A DNA stretch of 64,000 nt, taken from NCBI RefSeq assembly GCF_000738915.1, contig NW_026515638.1, positions 394,882 to 458,881 on the forward strand, written 5' to 3'. The notes under the pieces were generated by a model. The model was not told where the DNA came from. It was given only the letters and a program-made list of their open reading frames with translations, and did not search any database. A program made the translations under genes and the position numbers. Below, in pieces: positions 31,825 to 42,272 of the stretch; the stretch's first letter is position 1; each line of letters begins with the position of its first letter. This DNA comes from Nematocida ausubeli (taxonomy: Eukaryota).

Positions 31825-32658
31825 ATGTCCACGAACGAAAAAATAGACTTAAATGCACCATCTAGTTACCTGGGTGGCATAGACCCAGAATGGATTGCAA
31901 GCGGGGATAGCATAAAGGGCCTGCTCCTTGGAATGGCTTCTGCTCCCTTATTGTTGGTTTCTGTGTACTTTTTCAAGGCCAGCCCACGGTTTTTCTCTAA
32001 GGAACACGGAATATCTTTGCTTGCGTATATGGCATGCTCGTTCTTAGTCTCTCTTGGCGTACTATTCTATGGTCTTCCAGCCGTGATAACCTCCTTTCAG
32101 ATACTTCCCATTCTGAACCAAATCTTTGTTAGCTCCTTCTCGCTCTCTATTGAGTCTATATCCTCTATTATGCTTACTACACTTAGTGTATACTTCTCTC
32201 TTATAGGATACAGTGGAATTGAAAAAACCTCGTCTTTCAGCTGGATTGCTTTGGTTCTTTTCCTTGTTGTGCTAAGTCTCTCCATCATGCGCCTTACTTC
32301 GCATAGTGACTACATCAGAAGAAGATTTGAAATTGAGAAATACTCAGATCTGCTTTGCATGCTTGTCCTTTCCTTTGAAGGCGCCATTGGATTTGTGTCA
32401 CTTTGCTCTTTCGCATACCTATTCAACATACTCCTGCCTATTGTTGCCTTGCTCACAAGCATGTCATTTTTGCTTGCCATGGAGAAAGCCCTTTACTACT
32501 ACCCAGCCACTGCAGTTATCCCAATTTTCACGATTCTTGTTAGAGTAATTGGTGCAATATTCTCTCTGCAAATATATTCAAACGCGTACAATGGTGCCGT
32601 GGGTTTATCTCTAATTCTTGGAGTAGTGTCCTCTATTTTTCCTTTAATATTAGCATAG
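31825..32658 (+). CDS. Multi-pass membrane transporter, NIPA/DMT-like
   Basis: About 8-9 hydrophobic helices. EKALYYYPATAVIPIF resembles NIPA N.AL..F....V.PIY. Confidence 0.5.
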   Translation: MSTNEKIDLNAPSSYLGGIDPEWIASGDSIKGLLLGMASAPLLLVSVYFFKASPRFFSKEHGISLLAYMACSFLVSLGVLFYGLPAVITSFQILPILNQIFVSSFSLSIESISSIMLTTLSVYFSLIGYSGIEKTSSFSWIALVLFLVVLSLSIMRLTSHSDYIRRRFEIEKYSDLLCMLVLSFEGAIGFVSLCSFAYLFNILLPIVALLTSMSFLLAMEKALYYYPATAVIPIFTILVRVIGAIFSLQIYSNAYNGAVGLSLILGVVSSIFPLILA

Positions 32659-33240
32659 GTTAAGTTAAATAAATATTTCAATATTTATCTATTACTGGTG
32701 TTCTTCCAATCTATTGATATAAATCTCTTCATATTTACTTTTTTGCAAATCGTCTGTACGCTTTCCATTTTTCCATCGTAAAATATTTCAGCCCAAAATA
32801 TAAACAGAAGAGAAAATATAAAAGAAGAAGCACTTTGCATCTGTAAGGCAGTATTATTAGTACCCGGAGTGTAGATGTATTCAGTAAAGATACTATCTAC
32901 TGGCATCTCTATTATTAAATCAGCTGAATTCAATATTCAAAAATGAGCTTGCTAGTGCATTAAGAGGCCCTCTGCTGGTATATAGAAGTAGTTATAGTCC
33001 GCATATGCCTGCTGCTTAAAATGCTAGTTATTTCTCTTTTCTGGTAGATGTTGCAATGTGCTAGATTTTCTTGGTGTACTGAAATGTACTTCAAGTGAAG
33101 AAGGAGTGGTAGTGTGTGGTAGAATTAATAATGGAGTTTATTCGTGCGTGATTGGCTAGCCCTGGGGCCTACTTTATCTGCACAGTCAGTGCAGGTGTAA
33201 GCACAACTAGAAGTAAAGCAGTGCAAAAGGGGCATGTTTA

Positions 33241-34596
33241 CTATTCACTTGGTGCAAACGAGTTTTTCTCAACTATGTCAATGAATGTGAGCGGCACAAT
33301 CTTTGTCCCAGCTCCAGATCCAACTAAAAAATGGTTCTTTTTTATAGGAATCTCTTCTAGCACCATCCAGGTGCCAGGCTTATACTTAGCACTCTCTTCC
33401 GGTGCTTTTTCCTTTTTCTTGATTAGAACAATATCCCCAAACTTTGGAGCCTTTTTCTCTTTTACGATGGGCATACTTAGCTTTCTGTTTCTCTCTCTTT
33501 CCTCCATCTCATAGAACATTCTCTGCTCAGTGATTCTTCTCTGGTTCTTCTTGCTGTGGTACTTCTTCAGCGTGCTTAGCTCTTTAATATTCACTAGGGA
33601 CTTGTTCGCTTGGTTTTTAAAGAGCATATTTGGGGTTATGTTAGTGTACATCTGCTTCTTCATATTAAACCCTTTTATAATCCAGTCAATCGTGCCCAGC
33701 CAGGTCTTCTGGTTCTCTGACTTTAGAATGTATCTTTTTAGCTTTGTCTTGAAGGCCATGAAGATTCTTTCTGCCTCACAGCAGCTGTCATATATCGTGT
33801 TTTTTGCATATCCTTGGATGTACTCTATTGTTCTCTTTGTGGATATTTGTATTGTGCTTATTGGAATATTTGTCAGGCCTTTCCCCATGTATATGCAGTA
33901 AGGCTCTCCTTCTGCCCTGAACAGTCTGTTCAAGGCCATTATCACTTGATTGCTGATGCTTATGCAGTTTGTCAGTGGGTATATCAGCTGGTACTCTGAA
34001 TATGCATCTACAATGTGCAGAATATGCGTATATCCTTTGTTGTAATCCTTGTATCCAACGAGGTCAATTATTGAAAGATTAAGCCTTTCCATGCGCCTGG
34101 CTGCCTCTGGTATTGGTTTTTTAAAAATGACAGGGGGTACTTCTAGCTTTTTCTTTTTCATTTTTGTTTTTGGCATTCGCTGCTTCTTTTCCATCATTTT
34201 CATCCTTTGCCTTAGTATTATGTCCCTGCACCCTGGGCAGCTTTCCACTAGCTTCGCAATGCGTACCTTTTTAAAGCCAAACCATTCTTTCTTTATCAGC
34301 TTCCAGATTTTATAGAGCTTTAAGTGCCCGTGCTTGGCTTCTATCTGTGTGAATGCCTTTAGAATTCCCTCGTCATCGTCGTCACCAATTGCGAATACTT
34401 TTTCTCCACTCTCTCCTATTTGTATAGAAAGACCCTCGTTTTTTTCGATCTGGAACATTTGTGATCTCTTTATAAAGGTCTCCTTCGCTGATTTCGATAA
34501 ATATTCGGGCACAATGCCAAAATCTAAATAGTTTTTAGTGTCCCCGATTAACTGAATTGACATTTTGATTGATAGAGCGTTCTTCTTCATTTCCAT
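33241..34596 (-). CDS. Ginger/GIN-like retroviral-type integrase (rve) protein, catalytic triad degenerate
   Basis: YL..G..P N-terminal block, H.H...CPGC zinc motif, ERLNLSIIDL...NKGYTHILHIVDAYSEY..IYPL core, and GDIVLI...PGTWMV GPY/F-like tail. Confidence 0.75.
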   Translation of the reverse strand: MEMKKNALSIKMSIQLIGDTKNYLDFGIVPEYLSKSAKETFIKRSQMFQIEKNEGLSIQIGESGEKVFAIGDDDDEGILKAFTQIEAKHGHLKLYKIWKLIKKEWFGFKKVRIAKLVESCPGCRDIILRQRMKMMEKKQRMPKTKMKKKKLEVPPVIFKKPIPEAARRMERLNLSIIDLVGYKDYNKGYTHILHIVDAYSEYQLIYPLTNCISISNQVIMALNRLFRAEGEPYCIYMGKGLTNIPISTIQISTKRTIEYIQGYAKNTIYDSCCEAERIFMAFKTKLKRYILKSENQKTWLGTIDWIIKGFNMKKQMYTNITPNMLFKNQANKSLVNIKELSTLKKYHSKKNQRRITEQRMFYEMEERERNRKLSMPIVKEKKAPKFGDIVLIKKKEKAPEESAKYKPGTWMVLEEIPIKKNHFLVGSGAGTKIVPLTFIDIVEKNSFAPSE

Positions 34597-35434
34597 GCTA
34601 AAGCTTCAAAAATATTTTATTATGATATTTTATAACCCAAAAATAACCAGAGTACCCTAGAACAATTCTTTTTGTGCTTTTTAATGGGCCGCATTCTGAA
34701 TAAAGCTACAGGGAGTGCGTATGCATTGAGTGTAAAGTACATGCAGGTTCTTGCTCATTTAATGCACTTTTCATTTCTGGCTGAGTCTCTGATTTTTTCC
34801 TGTCTACTATAATATATCCCGAACAACAAATATTTGAGCATAAAAGCTTTTCATATAGAAGAAGCTTTCTTGGCTGGCTGGCTCTAGTAAATGTGCCTAG
34901 ATATTAGGTATATCAAGTAGGGTTCTCCTTACACTTAGTCTACCACGGATGTAAATGCACTTTAATTAGTGTCTTACCCTGGGGTGATTATTTTAATGAA
35001 AACAAAAATCGGCATAGTCTTACTCTTCATACAGAGAATATAATTATTACTAGTAGAAAAAGTAGACTAAAATTAACTACCATAAAGAGACAGAACTATT
35101 GTCCCTGCAAGAAGCAGAAATTAATAATGTACTAGACTAGCCTGAGTATTAGTTTAAATTAGGCTAGATGTATTCTTGCATATTTACAGTCTTCATGAAT
35201 ATTAAAAGAATACTAGTGCAGCTGTCTCAATGGTAAAACAATTATATTCATTGGGTTAAATAATGAAATATATCTTAGTGTATATGTAACTTGTAAATAT
35301 ATAAAGAGACGGGTAGATGGCATTGTATGTGTACTGCAGATGCCTAATATAAGAACTATTATTTTTTGACTTTATTATTTTCAAAAAGCCCTTTGTGACT
35401 GTGGGCTTCTGTATATTTGGATAGTAGGATTTGG

Positions 35435-37642
35435 TTATACTTTTGCAGGTAGGCAGATGTTTGGCTTAATCACGTGCTTTATGGATTGCATGAATTCTTC
35501 TACGGTTGCGTTCTTTATATCTTTACTTGAACCTCCACTTGGGCATGAAAGCGGCTGTTTAAATATCTTTTTCACGGATGGAAATAGTCTACTCAAAGCC
35601 ATTGCTACGATGTCATTGCAGTTGTGGTTTGATGTGTATAAAAGAGGGCTGTTTATCTTGATGTTTATCATATTACGAAGCTGCTCTTCTGTGTGATTAG
35701 TTCCCTTGCACTTAAGAAGAAACAGAAGGTCCTGAATTAGTGAAGCTGCCTCTACTTTGTCATTCATGATTGTCACATCCATTCGTTCCAGGCTTGGAAA
35801 AGCATTAAAAATCCTTTGCATAGTTGTTTGCATACTGACAAACTCTTCACCGCCATTCTTAGCCACATCGTACCCTGGGTCAAAGAATGTAAATCCAAAT
35901 ACTTTTATGCTTTTTTTGACTAGGTTCTCTTTAGACTCAATCACGGAAAGAATTTCAGAATTCATGATGGCCACTTCTGTTATGTCTACGCTCTCCAGGC
36001 TGTTTATTTTCAAGACCTTTTTGAACATGTCAACATAAGAAGGCTCTTGCGAGTCACTGTCCCCAAATAGTCTGACTGTCTGGATGTCCATCCTTTCTCT
36101 GACAATAGTCGGCAGCTCTGAGTCCTTGTAAGGCTCTTCCATGTCATTCTCAGGCAGAGAGATCTTTAGCTCTATAAGGTTTGGAAGTCTTTCTAGATTT
36201 AGCTCTTCAAACACGTAGTGATACGGAGAGACAAGAGTCATTAATGTGGTTGTGTTTTTCAAAGGAATTGAGAACTTACCTAGGAAGTTCGGTCTTCTGT
36301 GGTTAAGCTTATAGAGGCACGGGTGCGTTTTATCTACACATATACGCTCTCTGTCTATTTCCTTCATAAACCCAATTTCAGTAATATTCAGGGCCAGCAG
36401 CTGCTTCTTTGCAAGCTCATTCAGAGATAAGTAGTCATAGATAACGAACCCTTGCATGATCTGCTTCATTTGTCTCTCAGATCTCTTCTTCTCAAAGTCC
36501 AAAACAATATTAACAAGCGTCAGGTTATTCTGGATTCTTCGCAGATTTCCAAGTGACCGCATGTACACAACCTCCACAAGCTGGAACACCTCCATGACAG
36601 AACTGAAGTGCATTTCAGGAATTTCCAGGTCCTCCTGTATGACCACCTCTATACTCTTAACTGTCAGCTGGTTGTTAGTGGCAAGATAGTACGCAAGCCC
36701 AATGTAGTTTGTGTTTGGTGCCCTTTTATTACTCATAAAGAGCTCAATGCCTTTTTTGCCTAGAACTGCAGTTTCCCTGACATACGTAAGGATGCTCTTC
36801 ATGTCGTTGTCCTTTACTGTATTGCAGAGTGTGGCATAGAGGTACCAGATGAGGTCTAGGTTAACTTCTCTGCTTAGTATCCATCTGACCCAGCTTCTAT
36901 CATCAATGCGCCTGGAAGGCACTTCAGTCATTAAAGCAGGCCTTCCATTATACCTTATTTCCCGGAGTATTTTCATATAGTAGGAGCCAGCTCCCACATT
37001 GTTCTGCAGGAGTATGCGCATGTTCTCCTTGAAGCAATCTCTTTTTGTCATGTCCATTCCATACTTCTCTTTGATCTCAGTAGGAATTCGTATATACTTG
37101 TCCATTGAGAATATTTCGTACAGTGCAAGAATTGTGTTTATGTCCTTTGTGGATAGATAAAGACCTTCCTCCTTTGAAAAGTACGGAACATTTGCCATGT
37201 TCACCATTGTTACAAAGTTCTCTACGTACACATCGTATATATGTATTTTCTCTTTCTCTTCCCAGTCTAGCTCGAGCCTCTTAAAGTACTCTTTTGTGTA
37301 GAAAACGGATATTATCGTTCGTTTATATAGTTCATCATTGACATTCTGGGTTGCAGGCGGGTTTTTCTGCTGATCTCTCTTGATCAGGAACTTACGCGCT
37401 TGTTTATACTTCTCAATTGGCTCAAACCCTGCAAGGAATGACTTCTTGAGAATAGGCGCTGCTTTCTTACGCAGTTGGTTCTTTTCAAAGAATGATGACC
37501 AGTTTACAATATTCACACTTCCCTCTTCGTCTGCATTGAGAGACTTGGATAAGGATAGCACAGAGGAAAAAGAGCACAGAAGTGCCTTTATAATCAGAGT
37601 GTATTGAAAAAGTGATTTTCGCTGTAACTTCATAACTATCAA
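35435..37642 (-). CDS. Hypothetical secreted protein with degenerate LRR-like C-terminal half (735 aa)
   Basis: N-terminal hydrophobic segment. Spaced LPNLIELKIS, SLESVDIT, FPSLERMDV and LFPSVKKI motifs. Confidence 0.7.
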   Translation of the reverse strand: MIVMKLQRKSLFQYTLIIKALLCSFSSVLSLSKSLNADEEGSVNIVNWSSFFEKNQLRKKAAPILKKSFLAGFEPIEKYKQARKFLIKRDQQKNPPATQNVNDELYKRTIISVFYTKEYFKRLELDWEEKEKIHIYDVYVENFVTMVNMANVPYFSKEEGLYLSTKDINTILALYEIFSMDKYIRIPTEIKEKYGMDMTKRDCFKENMRILLQNNVGAGSYYMKILREIRYNGRPALMTEVPSRRIDDRSWVRWILSREVNLDLIWYLYATLCNTVKDNDMKSILTYVRETAVLGKKGIELFMSNKRAPNTNYIGLAYYLATNNQLTVKSIEVVIQEDLEIPEMHFSSVMEVFQLVEVVYMRSLGNLRRIQNNLTLVNIVLDFEKKRSERQMKQIMQGFVIYDYLSLNELAKKQLLALNITEIGFMKEIDRERICVDKTHPCLYKLNHRRPNFLGKFSIPLKNTTTLMTLVSPYHYVFEELNLERLPNLIELKISLPENDMEEPYKDSELPTIVRERMDIQTVRLFGDSDSQEPSYVDMFKKVLKINSLESVDITEVAIMNSEILSVIESKENLVKKSIKVFGFTFFDPGYDVAKNGGEEFVSMQTTMQRIFNAFPSLERMDVTIMNDKVEAASLIQDLLFLLKCKGTNHTEEQLRNMINIKINSPLLYTSNHNCNDIVAMALSRLFPSVKKIFKQPLSCPSGGSSKDIKNATVEEFMQSIKHVIKPNICLPAKV

Positions 37643-38663
37643 AGTATCAAAAGTATAAAAAGATAAGTCTGAAACACTGTATCAAAAAGACCATTGCAGA
37701 TTGAGTGATTGATTGGAAATAATTTGTTGTTTTGGAATAATGATGGCGCCTGAAACACAAAGTGCATAAACCATAGAAACCGCATGCACAATCTGCCAAC
37801 CAAGTACCTGAAAACTTAAAGAGCATCTGGTTAGTGCACATTTGCAGCCACCCAGAAGGATTTAATCCATATGCTTACTACAAGAAAAGACACTACACCA
37901 TGGATTGAAATATATTTCATTGAGGCACCTGTCTGTGTAGCAGCAGACAAAGAAATTCTTAAACAGACAGGATATGTAATAGTAAGAAGAATTTAATAGA
38001 ACATTTTATTATTAAGGAGTGAAAACAAATATCTACTGCAGTTATCTCTACATGGCAGATATATCTAATAGAAGAATATTCTGCTGTATCTGCAATGGAA
38101 AATTATATCTGCATCTATTAGTGTTGTGTGATCTAATATATCGCCATATAAAATATGCCTATACATTACTATTCTTAGTATAATGCACAGTGGTATTATA
38201 GAAGTACTGCATATGCATATATCTATGTAAATATACAGTAGATCAACCACTGCCACTGCCATAATACAGGCAAGTATAACTGAAATATCTCTATATACTA
38301 CTGCACAGCGCCAAGAATATGTATGCTTGCAATGTACTTGTAAATTATTCTGTAAGCATACACTTTCCTTCCTGTGCTGTAAATTAGTAGCTTCATTTGG
38401 GCGTCCATAAATGCATTTACTTAAAACCTTCATGCATAGTCCTTCCAGAAAATAAGCATTCCCTGCAACGCACAAGTGCTCTATATACATAATTATCCTG
38501 GTAAGAGGCTCTAAAAGAGAAGGCTCTTTAAAGATCTCGCAAACAACAGGTCTTTCCATACTAAAATTCCTCTGTATAGCAATCTACTCCATGCATGCGC
38601 ATAGCCATAACTGCCTAATGCAAGGACATTCAGAGACTAGTCCCGTCCATATTCTGTTATAGA

Positions 38664-38852
38664 CTATCCTTTGATGTAAATCACTAAGAAGCATACAAAT
38701 ACATTAACCAAAACGAAAAGAGCTGCAAATATCATAATTGCAAACATCACCATCATTATCTTATTGACAGATGATTCCAGGTAATCCTGCAGTATCTTTG
38801 ACTTTCCATGCTGCTCCTGCAATATTTCCGCGGGAAGCATTGTTTCATTCAT
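38664..38852 (-). CDS. Possible small membrane protein (~62 aa)
   Basis: ATG at 38852 (MNETML) and a long hydrophobic C-terminus. Short enough to be spurious. Confidence 0.35.
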   Translation of the reverse strand: MNETMLPAEILQEQHGKSKILQDYLESSVNKIMMVMFAIMIFAALFVLVNVFVCFLVIYIKG

Positions 38853-38924
38853 GCACTGAAACAGCACTCTGGCTTTATACTGCTGCTGCCCTATTGGCTG
38901 TCTGCTTTACTCGGTGGATCTGGA

Positions 38925-39227
38925 CTATTTAAAGAGAAGGCCAATAAACAGAAGAAGAGACAGCCCACCCACTGTCACGATTAAAATAAGCATAAAACTG
39001 TCCTTTCTGGCTGCATCTATCTTATTCATGATATTTTTAATGGCCAGCCGATCTACAGCACTGCTCTTCATTACTTTATCGATATAAGATATGTCTTCAT
39101 TTACTGCATCATTGCATCTTACAGAGAGGTCCTTTAGGTCCAGCACAGCCCTCCTGAGGGTTTTCATTTTCTCATTTTCCTCCAGGATAACCTGTGCTCT
39201 TTTTCCCTTTTCCTCCTGGTCAGCCAT
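38925..39227 (-). CDS. Small tail-anchored SNARE-like protein (Qc/Bet1-like)
   Basis: EENEKMKTLRRAVLDLKDLS...V.ED heptads followed by a C-terminal TM helix. Confidence 0.6.
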   Translation of the reverse strand: MADQEEKGKRAQVILEENEKMKTLRRAVLDLKDLSVRCNDAVNEDISYIDKVMKSSAVDRLAIKNIMNKIDAARKDSFMLILIVTVGGLSLLLFIGLLFK

Positions 39228-39264
39228 AAATATTCAAAATTTGCAAAGAATAAATAGAAGAAGT

Positions 39265-40023
39265 TTATTCAAATCTCTTTGTCTTTGCTCTTCCGGTACC
39301 AGTTCTCTTGGCAGCAATCTGTCCAACCTTCTGTCCAGGTGGTGCAGTTCTACCGACACAAGATGACTTTCCTATGTGCTGGTGGTTACCTCCTCCGTGG
39401 ACGTGGTCAACTGGGTTCATGGCCACACCTCTAACTCTTGGCCAGGCTCCTAGCTTGCCTCTTGCCTTCTGTTTGTAGTATGCTCTTCCGGCCTTAAGCA
39501 GAGGCTTCTCGTGCACACCACCGGATGCAATGATTCCAATCATGGCACGGCTGTCTCCACTGAGGATCTTCTTAACACCAGATGGAAGCTTTATTCTGGA
39601 CTCGTTCTTGTCTGGGTTGTATCCAACAACAGTGGCGTATGAACCACTTGTCTTTGCAATACTTCCTCCATCTCTAACTACTCTCTCAACTGAGCAGATA
39701 ACTGTACCGTCTGGGATGTTCTTCAGGCACATTGTGTTTCCAAGGGAAAGTGGAGTCTTTTCTCCAAAGTATATTGTCTTTCCAGTGTACATGCCCTCCA
39801 AGGCCACTAAGACTACTTTTTCCTTCTTAGCGTGCTTGTCTTCGTTTACCATTGTAATCATGGCAAGAGGTGCATTTCTACCTCTCTCGTGGACTATCTC
39901 TGATACTATTCCTTCACGCATCTCTGCAGATGGCTTTGGGAACTTAGTTGCGCCCTTTTTGTACATTTTGTTAGTTCTGTTGTGGGGCTTTGATAACCTC
40001 TGCTTCCTTAGTACTTTAGACAT
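39265..40023 (-). CDS. RPL8: 60S ribosomal protein uL2 (L8/L2)
   Basis: IVHERGRNAPLA, RIKLPSG, KPLLKAGRAY and WPRVRGVAMNPVDHVHGGGNHQH. Start MSKVLR at 40023. Confidence 0.97.
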   Translation of the reverse strand: MSKVLRKQRLSKPHNRTNKMYKKGATKFPKPSAEMREGIVSEIVHERGRNAPLAMITMVNEDKHAKKEKVVLVALEGMYTGKTIYFGEKTPLSLGNTMCLKNIPDGTVICSVERVVRDGGSIAKTSGSYATVVGYNPDKNESRIKLPSGVKKILSGDSRAMIGIIASGGVHEKPLLKAGRAYYKQKARGKLGAWPRVRGVAMNPVDHVHGGGNHQHIGKSSCVGRTAPPGQKVGQIAAKRTGTGRAKTKRFE

Positions 40024-40231
40024 TCTATTATCTGGGGTATTAAAAAATAAAATTAAATACGCATGGGAATATATTCCGCATATGGCATTAGTGCAAAAAT
40101 ATGCAGTCTTCCAGGATGAAAAAGAAAACAAAGTGTTCTTCAATGGATGTGCAGATTGGGTGCCTGGAAGGTGCTGCTGTCTTTAAGCTGCACGGCACTT
40201 TGTGCTTTTATGCAAAGAATATTTTCTTTTT

Positions 40232-40798
40232 ATGGATTACAAAAAGCAGTTGCAAGCAGAGTACAACGAATGGAATGATAAAAAAGTAAAGAGGCACTAG
40301 AGACAAATACAAGTAAAGGGGTACACACCAGAGCAGATATACAACCAGATAGAAAATATCACCAATATAGCCATAAAGGATGTGGAGGAGTACTTAGTGG
40401 ACTACATGAATAAAGACTCACTGGTGAGTGAAGAGAGTGCATCCGAGGCAGAAGATGAAGCTGAAAGCAAAGAAGCATCAGAAGGCACAGAAGAGGAAGA
40501 TGTCTCCAGTGCATCAGATGAAACAAGTGAGAGCACTGAGGGAGAGCAGGAAGAGAGTGGTGCAGATGTCAGTTGCAGCGAGGAAGAAAATAAGCTAGAG
40601 GCAGCAGATGAGGAAGAAGAACTCTCTGAGGTGGAAAGCATAGATCCAGAAGAATCTGGGGAAAAGGAAAGCACTGAGCACAGCTACTCCTCTGGGGAGC
40701 TGAATGATATTTACGACTACTTGGAGAGAGACTGCAACGAGTCTGGCGAGCTAATGGAAGAGACTGCTTTGGAGACTTTGAAGAAACTTGGAAAATAG
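40232..40798 (+). CDS. Mpp10 N-terminal/acidic part, with an in-frame TAG at 40298-40300
   Basis: ATG 40232 reads MDYKKQLQAEYNEWNDKKVKRH*RQIQVKGYTPEQIYNQIE (compare Mpp10 GFD.EQIW.QL), then a D/E-rich tract. Ends at TAG 40796-40798. Confidence 0.55.
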
Positions 40799-40834
40799 AA
40801 GAACTTTTTATGCAGAAAATATTTTCAGTTGCAA

Positions 40835-41356
40835 ATGGACAGACAAAGACAAATTGAAAGGATTGAAAGTGAGCTGGTCAGCCAAAAGCCATGGTATGAA
40901 AAAGGAGAGGTCTCTGTGAAGGAAAGACCAAAGAATTCGCTTCTATTTGATGAGGACTGCGACTCAGACGAGTTTGTGCGGAATATTGAGTTCATCCGGA
41001 ACAAAACCACTCTGAAGATAGAAAACACTGTTGACGTGCTAATAGAGAGAATTGTAAAGGACCGGATAAAAAGAAAGACGTACGATAACCCGCGTAAGGC
41101 CCAGCCAAAAAAGAAAGACCTCACAATTGTAGTGCCAGACAAGGATGAGAAGGTGGTACTGCACGATATTCTGGATGGAAGGCGCAGTGAGAATGACAAG
41201 TTCATGGATCCCAACGAGATGATCAAGCTTTTCAACGAGATAGACAGTGCACTAGTGGAGATATCAGACAAATCATACACTGGAAGCAGGCCTATGCAAA
41301 CAATAAGCAAAAAAGAAGCACAGCCAGATGACGCAAATCAGAAGGTACGCTTATAA
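40835..41356 (+). CDS. MPP10: U3 snoRNP protein Mpp10, conserved core
   Basis: IERIESELVSQKPWYEKGEVSVKERPKNSLL, IERIVKDRI...YDNP and ISKKEAQP. Confidence 0.85.
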   Translation: MDRQRQIERIESELVSQKPWYEKGEVSVKERPKNSLLFDEDCDSDEFVRNIEFIRNKTTLKIENTVDVLIERIVKDRIKRKTYDNPRKAQPKKKDLTIVVPDKDEKVVLHDILDGRRSENDKFMDPNEMIKLFNEIDSALVEISDKSYTGSRPMQTISKKEAQPDDANQKVRL

Positions 41357-41620
41357 GCACAGCAGATGCAGCACATGAATTCCTGGATATATGTAGTATG
41401 GAACTGTCTGCTGAATATTAAGCATCAGCATGCAGTACTGTATCACTAGCAATACGCAAAGCACAATAAATATATACTACAGTATCTGACTATTTTTCGT
41501 TTGTGTGAAATATGCTGCAAATTTGTGCACGGGGCTAAGTTTAGTCTAGAAGAGTGCAAGGAGAAAGCTGCTGGGAATGAATGTGATTTATTCTGTCCTG
41601 CACTTGTAGAAAAGGACAAA

Positions 41621-41737
41621 AAGTGCAGCACTCTGTGTTCCCACGCGGTCTCCCATCGCAGTACTATCAAAGCTGTCACGCGCTTAACTTCAGAGATCGA
41701 ACGGGTTCTGGTGTGTACGCAGGCATATGGCCGCACG
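41621..41737 (-). rRNA. 5S ribosomal RNA gene (dispersed copy)
   Basis: Minus strand reads GTGCGGCCAT...CACCAGAACCCGTTCGATCTCTGAAGTTAAGC...AGTACTGCGATGGGAGACCGCGTGGGAA...GTGCTGCAC. Terminal helix pairs, and a T5 Pol III terminator follows. Confidence 0.93.
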
Positions 41738-42272
41738 AGTATTAGTTACCTGCTGGGTCCTTGTAGGCCTATATTAGTCTTAGACGAGCTTTGTCTTCTG
41801 CTTGTGTGGTTTTCTGAAGTTTCTTTTTGCAACTTTTGGCTTGTCTGTGTATAGGCATGGAAATACATTTTACTTGCTGAATATTCTAGAGGATGAATTT
41901 GGCAGAAGATGCAAAGACAGATTTATGATTCTCTTTGTTCTTAGTATGTGCACTAATTCTTTAACTATTTAATTAGAAGCATACTTTACTTGGCTTCTAA
42001 GATGATCTATATTAATTTTGTATTTGGCATTCAAAGAGCCTTTAGAGTTAACAGAGTATATTGTAACTATGCTAAAATAGATATACTTTTCATTAAGCCC
42101 ATTTATTTAAAATATCAGATATTTCGGTCTTTGGTCTTAATAATATGCCTTCCTGTGCTGGAGGCATACTGCTCTTGCTATGCCGCAATGAGAAAAGGCT
42201 TTGTCACGTTCCATGCAAACTAAAACCACCTAATTGTAGGATTTGTTGTAGAAAAAGGCAGCTGTATGTAAT

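Noticed and set aside
38065..38559. 164-aa ORF
   Set aside because: I/C/Y-rich composition typical of low-complexity AT-rich intergenic DNA, with no recognisable motif.
40741..40815. 75-nt GT-AG intron that would remove the second MPP10 stop
   Set aside because: Frame-compatible, but the donor GTCTGG is non-consensus, there is no branch point near the acceptor, and the segment looks coding. A gene split fits better.
40232..41356. Genome-wide TAG reassignment as the explanation for the MPP10 stops
   Set aside because: Several conserved genes here end normally at TAG (ENP2, UGP1, VRG4, TAD3), and no other long gene shows internal TAGs.
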